Part shown: in pieces, positions 13,001 to 25,000 of the stretch
Position numbering within the stretch: the stretch's first letter is position 1
Layout: each line of letters starts with the position of its first letter
Source of the DNA: Tubiluchus corallicola
Taxonomy: Eukaryota > Animalia > Priapulida
Direction of reading: 5' to 3'
Assembly: GCA_030141605.1 (NCBI GenBank)
Contig: JAQGDQ010000211.1
Span: 84,885-148,884 of the forward strand
Length of the DNA: 64,000 bases
Notes under the pieces: generated by a model
Told to the model about the DNA's origin: nothing
What the model saw: only the letters and a program-made list of their open reading frames with translations
Database searches by the model: none
Translations under genes and position numbers: made by a program

Positions 13001-16000
13001 TATGGTGTCTTTTACACTTTTGACAGATGATATGGTGTCTTTTACACTTCTTGACACGATGATATGGTGTCTTTTACACTTTTTGACACGATGATATGGT
13101 GTCTTTTACACTTCTTGACACGATGATATGGTGTCTTTTACACTTCTTGACAGATGATATGGTGTCTTTTACACTTCTTGACACGATGATATGGTGTCTT
13201 TTACACTTCTTGACACGATGATATGGTGTCTTTTACACTTTTTGACACGATGATATGGTGTCTTTTACACTTCTTGACAGGATGATATGGTGTCTTTTAC
13301 ACTTTTTGACACGATGATATGGTGTCTTTTACACTTCTTGACACGATGATATGGTGTCTTTTACACTTTTTGACACGATGATATGCTGTCTTTTACACTT
13401 CTTGACACGATGATATGGTGTCTTTTACACTTTTTGACACTGTGATATGGTGTCTTTTACACTTTTTGACATGATGATATGGTGTCTTTTACACTTCTTG
13501 ACACGATGATATGGTGTCTTTTACACTTTTTGACACGACGATATGGTGTCTTTTACACTTCTTGACACGATGATATGGTGTCTTTTACACTTTTTGACAC
13601 TTTTACACTTTTTGACACGATGATATGGTGTCTTTTACACTTCTTGACACGATGATATGGTGTCTTTTACACTTCTTGACACGATGATATGGTGTCTTTT
13701 ACACTTTTTGACACGATGATATGGTGTCTTTTACACTTTTTGACACGATGATATGGTGTCTTTTACACTTCTTGACACGATGATATGGTGTCTTTTACAC
13801 TTCTTGACAGGATGATAGGTGTCTTTTACACTTCTTGACAGGATGATATGGTGTCTTTTACACTTTTTGACACGATGATATGGTGTCTTTTACACTTTTT
13901 GACACGATGATATGGTGTCTTTTACACTTCTTGACAGGATGATATGGTGTCTTTTACACTTCTTGACAGGATGATATGGTGTCTTTTACACTTTTTGACA
14001 CGATGATATGGTGTCTTTTACACTTCTTGACACTGATGATATGGTGTCTTTTACACTTCTTGACACGATGATATGGTGTCTTTTACACTTGACACGATGA
14101 TATGGTGTCTTTTACACTTCTTGACACGATGATATGGTGTCTTTTACACTTTTTGACACGATGATATGGTGTCTTTTACACTTCTTGACACGATGATATG
14201 GTGTCTTTTACACTTTTTGACACGATGATATGGTGTCTTTTACACTTTTTGACACGATGATATGCTGTCTTTTACACTTCTTGACACGATGATATGGTGT
14301 CTTTTACACTTTTTGACACGATGATATGGTGTCTTTTACACTTTTTGACACGATGATATGGTGTCTTTTACACTTTTTGACACGATGATATGGTGTCTTT
14401 TACACTTTTTGACACGATGATATGGTGTCTTTTACACTTTTTGACACGATGATATGGTGTCTTTTACACTTTTTGACACGATGATATGCTGTCTTTTACA
14501 CTTCTTGACACGATGATATGGTGTCTTTTACACTTTTTGACACTGTGATATGGTGTCTTTTACACTTTTTGACATGATGATATGGTGTCTTTTACACTTT
14601 TTGACACGACGATATGGTGTCTTTTACACTTTTTGACACGATGATATGGTGTCTTTTACACTTTTTGACACGATGATATGCTGTCTTTTACACTTTTTGA
14701 CACGATGATATGGTGTCTTTTACACTTTTGACAGGATGATATGGTGTCTTTTACACTTTTTGACACGATGATATGGTGTCTTTTACACTTCTTGACACGA
14801 TGATATGGTGTCTTTTACACTTTTTGACACGATGATATGGTGTCTTTTACACTTTTTGACACGATGATATGGTGTCTTTTACACTTTTTGATACGGTGAT
14901 ATGGTGTCTTTTACACTTTTTGACACAATAATGTGGTGTCTTTTACAAATGCCTCTACAAGGACGATCAGGCTATGAGTCAATTTGGGGGAACATTTTTT
15001 CAGGACAACCCTGTACAGTAATAATAATAAAAAAAATGTTGTGGTTGGTTTCCTTAATTTATAAAAACTTGTTTGTACGCAGCTTTGTAATGCCGGAAAT
15101 GCAAACACGGCATTAGATTGTTGTTTAGTAAAAAATGTGAAAAAGTATCCTGAATTAAACTCAATTTTCATTTTTCCTTTCAGACGGTCAAAAACAAAAA
15201 CCCACTCTCGCATCCAACGACAGCAAACGTCAAACGTAAAATCAATAAAAAAACCAACCTATGCACGGAGATTCTTTAAATCTTTCCATGAGATGTCGTT
15301 CGGCAAAAAAGCCAGCACGATGCAGACACAGCGCAGCATCACTGATTGGAGCTAGTTTCCATGGCAACGAGACGCTACGAAGCGGTTCGCCAGCGCTGTG
15401 TGATACCTGACCAGAGTAACAAGTGAAAGAGTTAAAAATAATTATAACAATTCTTTATTAATTTACTACTAATTAAAGTTTTTGTGGGTTTTTCTAAGCT
15501 ACTGATTGTACAACAATGAGGGATAGAATAGCTGAGTGGTGATGTGCATTACATCCGATATGTGACAGAAATACCTCTGCTGGTTTAGTGTCTCATTTTA
15601 GAGGGTTACCCCCGGTAATAACCTAGGTTCTGATCTTGCCACACACACTGACTTCAAAGGTCTATATAACCCCAACAGGCAATGAAGCTTCTTTAACTTA
15701 TTATTACGTTTACACAAAGAATTCAAAGTTATTATTAAGCAAAAGAAACTTTTAAATTAAATAATATACCTTTTTCTGCTGAATTTCGAACACGTGTGTA
15801 GCCGTAAAGATCGCCGTGTTTCACGTCTTTGGTGCGACGAAGCGAGAATGACGTACGAGGTACAGAAAGTGTCTTTGCTTACCAATGTTTGTTTACTGAT
15901 CTTTGGTAACCTCGTGACTCAAACTGTTATTCGTCTCGCGCAATGAAAAATTCTTCAAATTTCATACCGCTAACAACGAAGTGATAAAAAATCAAAAGAA

Positions 16001-19000
16001 ACAAGTTTATAATAAAATAAATTGAATATTCGTAACGGGAGTAGGATTTCAAATTGTAAAGCTTTAACTTTAGGTAGAACCACCTGGTACTGAATGATGA
16101 ATTATGCTTGCAAATTGCTGAAGTGCAAAAAAGTACAGACCTGGAAGAGCAAACTTTCCGGGTGGATACGACTTGTCAGCAAGACAACATGCTCAAAGGT
16201 TTCTGCTGTTGCTGAGTTCAATTTTGCCACATCAATAAACTGCGGGGAGCTGTCAATTAAGTACTGCCACTGCATGCACTGCAAATGAAACAATTATTCC
16301 TCTCAATTATGATTAATGAAGCGATCATAATTAATTTTAATTATCACTGCATTTGCATAAAAATATCAGTTAATAGCATCTTGGAAATTATTTATTTTTT
16401 CTCCAGCTTCAATTTCTGTTTTGGCAAAAACTATCACGCATCAGTTCAAATGAAAGAGGAGATCACATAAGACTATATTTTTGTGTTACGCAAAGAAAAC
16501 GGTTAAAAAAACTTCCATGTAACTAGGGAAATGACCGTGACCACACGGATTTTCTTACTAGGACAGTGGTTTCTAACCTTTTAATAGCCAAGTACCGTTT
16601 CGAAATTCAGAGATCTGCCACACCCCTTAACATTTTTTAGCAATATGAGTTTCAAGAAAACACTTTTACTACTTTTGTGCAGTTTTATTAGCTTTTAATT
16701 TTGAAAACAAATAAAATAAGAAAAAAGCCCTTATTTTCAATTTACACGTTTCCAAATTCAAGAACAAAATGCAAGAAAAAAGACGATTGGATCTCGAATC
16801 AGAAGTCGCACTTTGAAGTAGCCTCAATGGTCACCTCGTTGACGCCGGCTTTTCCGAAAACCATCAACCTCGCCTACCACCATCCGCCAAAGCATTTGTT
16901 GTGACAAACGTCTATTTACATAATAGATTAACCCCGTTGTAACGCCTGGCAGTGCGCAATGAATTACCCGAAAATTGCTGCTGCGTTGCAAAAACAATGA
17001 CCTTTCAAAATACAAACAAGCGTGATGTTTAAGGATTTAAATCTTGCACACTCTTTCCTCACACCACAAAGCTGTTACTACAGTAAAATTCGTACACCGT
17101 ACGTGTAGTACGCTGTACGGCAAAAAAGAACATTCTGACGTGTTACACGACACAACTTTCGTGTCCCCAGGCTTAGCTGTATCGCACCCTCGAGAGGTAA
17201 GATTAGGAACCGCTGTACTAAGACAAATTGAAGCTGCAACTCATCGTAACGGTACCACACAATAATTTAAACAGACTTACGGAGTTTCTGGGATAGCGTT
17301 CATCAACGACGAACAGGTTGTTATGCGTGGCGATCAGGTAACGGAAGCTGTCCAAAGCAGCAGCAACGCACACCTGTTCATGGCCCATCAGCAGTTCATT
17401 TGGCACCGTGAATAGCTCGCACATTTGAGTTTTATTCTAAATAAAATGCCAGTAAACGATCAGTTAACCTAGTTAACGCAGTAGTTAACCAGTTATTAAA
17501 TGACGTGCAAATAATTCACACTATAATTAGTTTTAAAATCATTAGGACGACAGAAATAGCAGAACCCCCGGCAGTCAAGCAACACCAAGCCTGGTTAGTA
17601 AATGACTGGGTGACCAATGGATTTCATTTGCCATAGCACCCATTGCTACATATCACATTAAAGAAAGTGTATCTGAACAAGACATCTCTAGCGTTCCAGT
17701 TTCGCATCCTAGAGGATTTTCATTGATAAAGAACTGATGAGTTCCTATCCTGCCATACAAGGACTACTACTGATTTTTAAATACCGATAAGATGACTAAA
17801 AACTATATAAAAGTGCAAGTTGCAAAAACTAAGACTAAGGCTAAAACTGAGACATAAATTAAGCACAAGACTAACTGTGCAGCAAAATCAAGAGGCAGCG
17901 GATAACAACAACTTGAGGGCAGATCCAAAAAAATACAATTCTTGTGACTAATCTGTTACTGTGCGTTCACACTAGCGAGTTCTCTTGTCAAGTAACTCGC
18001 AATCCGTTCAGGCTAGAGAGTTTTCTCACCAAGTTAACTCAGCAAGTAACTCACAAGGGTGTTCAGATTAGAAAGTTTTCTCGCCAAGCTAACTCACCAA
18101 GTAACTTACAAGTACGTTCAGACTAGATAGCAGAAGTAGTTACTCTCCGACAAAAACAGCAAGCTGACACTCATTTCTATATTCACTGCAAGAAGTGTTG
18201 AGAGTAACTCGCCGAGGTGTTCACACTAGACAATAACTAGCAGCATCTGTTGAAGAGTTTGCGGTTTCTTGCAGATAGTAACTTGCAAAGGAGAAAACAC
18301 ACCAGTCTGAATGTGTGAAAAGTTTAAAGACGTGATCATTTCACGCTCGAGCGTTCTCATTTTGAATGCCAATTGTTTCAAAAATGACATCACTCATTGA
18401 CTAAAATAAAAGCAGAGCGCTGTCAATTTGCATCAAAAGTATAACAAGTTTTTACAAAAAATTAGGTAGTTAAGTTTGTGATGTTTTTGTACGAACACTA
18501 GGTAAGCTCCAGAATGTTTGAATTAGTTTAAGCACCACGCGTTTACAGAAAGTCGTGATGGGCTTACGAAAAGTCACGAAGTCCACTAGTTACAGTGTTC
18601 CCTCGCTACTTTGCGGTTCGTTTATCACAGACTCGCTGTTTCGCGGGTTTTCAAAAATATTAATATAAAATATTTATTGGTGTATTTTCGCTGTTTCGCG
18701 GGTTTTTGCGGTACTCCGTCTAAAGTGTTTTTGCACATGCATAGTACGTATTGTGCAGTAATATATAGATTTGACGAATTTTTCATAAAAAATCACAAAA
18801 TGTATAAAAATATATTAAAAATATTAATTCTAACATTAAAAGAATATTATAAATCATAAAAAATTACCATTTACAGTAAATAGTGTATTTATTCAGCGGA
18901 TGAATACACACCAAAAACGAAATGTCGTACTTGTGCCCGCTTGAGATGCTACTTGCCGACGTGAGATTGTACACAACACATGATTGGTATGTATGTGTGG

Positions 19001-22000
19001 GGAGGATTTATAAAAACTTAAAATAATGTATAACTACTAAAATAAGCGTCCCTACTTTGCGGAAATTCGCTTATCGTGGGTGGGCCTGGAACGGAACACC
19101 CGTGATAAGTGAGGGAACGCTGAACGTCATGATTTTTAAGAGCTACCACTGCACCATCATTTCTCCACAACTGCAGTATAAATTAACTTTATACTTTACA
19201 GACAGGTTTTTGCAAATTCCTTTATAATCTTTTTCTAAATTTAAGCGAAAACAGTCAAACAAACCCAACACGCCAAATAGCATGTAATTTCCTTTAAGAA
19301 TTGTGTAAATTACAGACATTACATTACATCTTTGAAATTGAATTTTTCTTACATGAACATCAAACAGCTTCACTCCTGTACGAGCAGCTAGGACAGCCTG
19401 GCGTGGATGGGCACCCCAGATACATTGCAGCCAATTGTCAGTGTGCTCAAAACTACTTGACTGCCCGTCTATCAATCTGTATGCCTCCCTAGAATAAATA
19501 CGCATTGCAAATTACGTTAAGTGAGAAATTTCAGTTTTTTTTAACAACAGCAATTCTTTACTTCCATATTATTTTACTACCGTGAATGTTTTCAGCGGGC
19601 AAGATGTTCACGGTTATAACAACAGGAATGGAAACTTCATTCGGCCCCCAGCTTTACATTCTGCTTTTGCTGAATGTTCATTGAAATACGTACTTCACTG
19701 CATCGTTAGTGATACTCCACGCTGTGCTACTGAAAAGGCTATTACACTCATAGCTATCAGGCTTATAAAAAATACTTTAAGCTTTAAAGGACAAGAAAAG
19801 GGGCACCTGAAGTAGGTTTCAGAAAATTGCCTTAAAAAATTATATAGCAATATACTTTATAGCAATTTTATGCGTATATCTTACTCGCACTGAAAGGAAT
19901 TTTAGTTTGTTTTCATTTTAAATCTCCCGCAATACTATTCCGAAGTCGCCATTACACGATGTCATGTACCAAACGTAAATCAGGGGAAGAAAAGGCAATG
20001 TTATATTATATCTCAAAAGACTTTCTGTGTAAATCTATATTACTTAGATTTTCGCTTAACTGCTAGAAAGATTTATGTAACTAGAAAAGAAAATTATTAA
20101 TTATTTAAAATGTTTTCACCAATTGGTAAAATGTCGCTGACTATCCCTACAGGGTGCACCACTCACTAACCAAAAAATGTATTTTTAATCTTATTGACAA
20201 GATACAGTAATTTTAAATTTTATTTAGTTAGTGACTTGTGCGCTACGAATGCTCTGATTATTTTTTCAAAGTTTACAAAATGTTATATAAACTTGTTTCA
20301 AATGACCTTTCATGAAAATGGCTGCGTCTAACGTTTTTGGAGTGTTAAACAAAGAACAGTTTAATGAAGAACTAGTCCGGAATGGGAGGCATTTAGTTTT
20401 AGTTTTTTGCCCAATTGGCTTCACTACACATGTCATTTAAAATGGCATTCGTCACTCTCAAAATATCCGTTTTTTGCAAACAAATCACTTAGAATGCCAC
20501 TTATTGTTGTCATGGATCCATTTCTTTGTGAAGAATTAGAATATGGAGCAACTATATTGTGATGTCACAATACAAAAACTGACTAAGAACTTATAAACAA
20601 TGACAGCAACAGCGAGACGGCAATCTGCATCACGGCAAAATAGGCCGCTTTGTAGAGTTATTAAACAAAAAACAATTAAACAAAAAATTCACGGTCGCAT
20701 TAGTAACGACAATAAATGCAAAGTGCGGATGACAAACACCGTACCCATTTTCATAGTTCCACAACATTAAATCCATAGTCTTTAATGACACCAAACATTC
20801 GTTAGTGATGTAAGGACTCAACGCTGCAGAAACTGGGGTAGAGGAAAACAAATATTTATGAACAGCTTGCGTATCCATGGAGACGACGCTATCCTCATCA
20901 GTAAAATTAATAGGCACAATATAGCAGTTCTCTTCAGCCATGGCAGCAACATGTACTGAAAAAAATGAGATTATTGATTGAAAAGAATTCATTGTTGCTG
21001 ATAAAATTAAAAATTGATGGATTGTTTAACTTTTTCGTATTTATTTAACTTGTTTTTCAAAAATCACCATAAAAGTCTTAATAAACTGAACTGCACAAAA
21101 AGTCTTAAACTAGGACTCCATGCGAGCATAATGTATGTAATAACACTGAACTGAACTTTAACAATCTGCATGAATTTTTCAATGGAAACCCAATGTCATA
21201 TTGTGAATTTGTAAATAACTCTTTGGCGATTTTTGGACAGTAATGATCATGTTATGTGATCAAAAGTATTTATCGTGAATTGGTAAATAACCCTTGAGCT
21301 GTTTTTGGACAGTAATGATCATGTTAGGCGATAAGTGGGTAGTGAGAATTTGTAAATAATTCTTCAGTTATTTTTTGACAGTAATGATCATGTTATATGA
21401 TCAAAAGTCCTTTTTTGTAGTGATCTAAGGACTGAACCAAAATATCATGTTCGACTATCTCTTAATCAGTCAATAAACGCATATATATATGATGCATATT
21501 AACAAAGCTAACAGCCATCTTTTGTTGCTATCCGTGAAAATTTGAAGCGATAATTTTTGGAAGCCTGATTTCTGTCAAAATTCGTAATAAGTACAGCAGT
21601 AACATTAGCTTATTATTGCACTGTTAGAAAAAAGAATTTACAAAGTTTTCAATGCACAAAATTTTACAGGGTAGAGAAAAATATAGTGTTCATTATCACT
21701 TAGCGAAGCAACTGCAACTACAACAACATAATTATACACTTCTTACATATTTGAGAAACTCAAGTAGAAAAAACATTGCTGGTCATGAAGTGACCAAAAC
21801 TTGCACAACCAATGAGCAAAGATGGCAAAGCTAAAAGCCCATTAAATCACATACGAATGGCTGTTTCTTGTTTGCGCATTACTGGGTGATACAGTCTCAT
21901 GTATTATGCATTGCACGTTACGTGCACTTGCAAGCACTTCCAAGTACTTAAATACAAACTCTTGTATACACAATCAGCGTCACGCACTGCACATTAGGTG

Positions 22001-25000
22001 TACTTGCAAACACTTCCAAGTACTTAAATACAAAATGTTGTATACACGATAAGCATCATGCACTGCACATTAGGTGTACTTGCAAACACTTCCAAGTACT
22101 TAAATACAAACTCTTGTATACACAATTAGCGTCACGCACTGCACATTATGTGTACTTGCAAACACTTCCAAGTACTTAAATACAAACTGTTGTATACACG
22201 ATAAGCATCATGCACTGCACAAAATGTGTACTTGCAAACACTTCCAAGTACTTAAATACAAACTCTTGTATACACAATTAGCGTCACGCACTGCACATTA
22301 TGTGTACTTGCAAGCACTTCCAAGTACTTAAATACAAACTCTTGTATACACGATAAGCATCACGCACTGCACATTATGTGTACTTGCAAGCACTTCCAAG
22401 TACTTAAATACAAACTGTTGTATACATGATAAGCATCATGCACTGCACATTACGTGTACTTGCAAACACTTCCAAGTACTTAAATACGAACTCTTGTATA
22501 CACGATAAGCATCACGCATTCATGGAGTTTTACCATTACCTAAAGAAGTTTATCACCTGCACATTCACAAGGCCCAACATACAGTATCAATATGCCTACC
22601 TCGTCCCTGACACCTTTGGACAGAGATTCCGTGCATCGAATCTATCTCCACCTGAGCGCACTGGTCACTAGACTGGACAGATGGCTTCCCATCCTGAACA
22701 CTCCAATGCAGAGAAGCAACGGCTAAAAAGAGACACTTTATTACAGTTTAATTACATGATTCTTGTACAAATTTATCTCCACCTGACTGCACTGGTCACT
22801 AGACTGGACAGATGGCTTCCCATCCTGAACACTCCAATGCAGAGAAGCAACGGCTAAAAAGAGACACTTTATTACAGTTTAATTACATAATCCTTGTACA
22901 AATTTATCTCCACCTGAGCGCACTGGTCACTAGACTGGACAGATGGCTTCCCATCCTGAACACTCCAATGCAGAGAAGCAACGGCTAAAAAGAGACACTT
23001 TAATTACATAATTCTTGTACAAATTTATAAATGTTTTTTAAGAACGTGCATCATAAAAACTATAGATACGCTGAAGACTTGAGGTGATTTGTTGCTGGAA
23101 AGCGTCGGTGATTATCCGTGCACACTGAGTTTTGCACATACACCGCACCAAATCGAGTGTGACTGGCACGTGAAACAAGTACAAAATGAGCAGGAATAAA
23201 TAATAATAAAAAGAAAAAACAGCAGTGTGTGATTATCACTTTTGTCTATAAAGGATGTCCAACGAATCTTCGATTCAAATTTGAATTCAAGTGCATTGTC
23301 CCAGATGCAGTTCTATATTGCTTCTACTAATATGGCTTTTGAAAGAGTTTTGATATTATAAGAATCATATAATATATCATGTATTCATCATTTGAATTAA
23401 TCATACCGCAGCGGCGGCTCGTGTATAGACTCTTAGTAAGTAAGAAATATTTTTTTGTTTAGGGTTTCACCAAGTTTATGCATAAATTTTCGAAGGTTTG
23501 TTTGTTTAAAATTACAATTACTGCGACTTTACATTTTTTGCGTCTAATCGGACGGGTAATTTGCATGCCCGGTCAGCAATTTTATAATTTTTTCGTATGT
23601 TCATATACTTATCTGGCAGTCATATAAAATCGTATTTTCTTAAATTTAAAACGTAAATCGCAATAATCATTATAGTTCGTTCTTTCGGGGAATGCAGGAT
23701 GCGCGGCCATGTTTTTCCAAGGCTAATTCTCGGCCCGGGTTGCCGTTTTATATGATGCTCATCATACTGGCGGCTACATTTATGGAATTTCCTCCCAAAT
23801 TGGTGTATTAATGGCTGACTAGTGTTCCGCTTATGCCATAATTATCAGAACATACACGTTCATGACACAAAAAAGAGACTATACAATAACCGATAATCAT
23901 ATAATAATTTAGTAATGCGAAACTAAAAAACAAAGCGTGAAAAAATGTGCATTGAAAAAATTAAAAACATTACTGCTAACCTGTGGAAAATAAACAAACT
24001 TTGATTTCAACTGACTTTAAATATTCCACAATTCAGCTTTAAACATTCACGAAGCTCTAAAAAAATTTTTTGAAAAAATAAATTTTTTTGAAAAAATAAA
24101 TTTTTTACTGACATCTCTTCTGCTCATGAAGTAAGACAGAACAATTTTTTTGTGGCCGGCCTAACGTAACAGAATAATAACAAAGCACGTTGTTAACACC
24201 ACTCAGTACTTACCGAGTTTGTTAAGATTCTGCTCCCCTGTGGCATATACGAGCAAATCCTGTTCATTGTCTGTACTTCTTGGCAGGCATCTCACACAAC
24301 TGCAGCTAATCTCTGCAGCCACATCTTCCTGAATCATAACAATCATAACTTTACGAACATAAGTTAATCAATAACAGGGTAGGCGGGGTACATGTTGTGG
24401 GGCAGGGGGACTATTGTTAAAGCAAAACTGAACCCAATCTTAGATTGCAGGTCAAAACAATCTACTCAGGTCAAAAAAAACATACTATTTGTTCAAAAAT
24501 GACTTACTTGAAAAAACTATTACCACCCAAACAGAATTTCGCATTCGTGCTACTAATATTTCGCTGTTACATGCATTTTGCCATTCACTAGTTAGACTGG
24601 CACTAGGCACTTCGGAAATGCATTGCACACCTCTCTGTTAGGATGTGTTAGTTTGTGAGAAACTGCACACGTTCGAGAGCTCATGCCTGAGCACAGCGGT
24701 ACATTTGAAATTTGAATTTTTAACTTAGAACATGCTTAGTTTTAGTACAACACACCGACTACCTTAAAGTAGCACTGTACTTAAATTTTCGCTTTCGCAA
24801 ATACATGCATCACGCTCGTGAAATGTTTTCGTCATTGAAAATTATGTTAGTTTGTGATGTCATCAATAGTTGAGCTCGTCCACCATTAATTAAGTTTTTA
24901 ATCCATTACTTAATTATCAAAAACGCTTTTAAACTATTAATTGTTAAAATGTATACTTTTTATCGAACTTGAAAATGGAGAAGTATATAGAAAATCATCC

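Noticed and set aside
12003-14945. 32-bp partly palindromic repeats resembling a CRISPR array
   Set aside because: The units are contiguous with no unique spacers, there are no cas genes, and the array sits in a eukaryotic intron.
15340-15436. RFX X-box (GTTTCCATGGCAAC) plus CCAAT suggesting a nested promoter
   Set aside because: It lies just inside a GAAAGAGTTAA transposon-like terminus, no nested gene could be built, and similar boxes occur in other repeats in the window.
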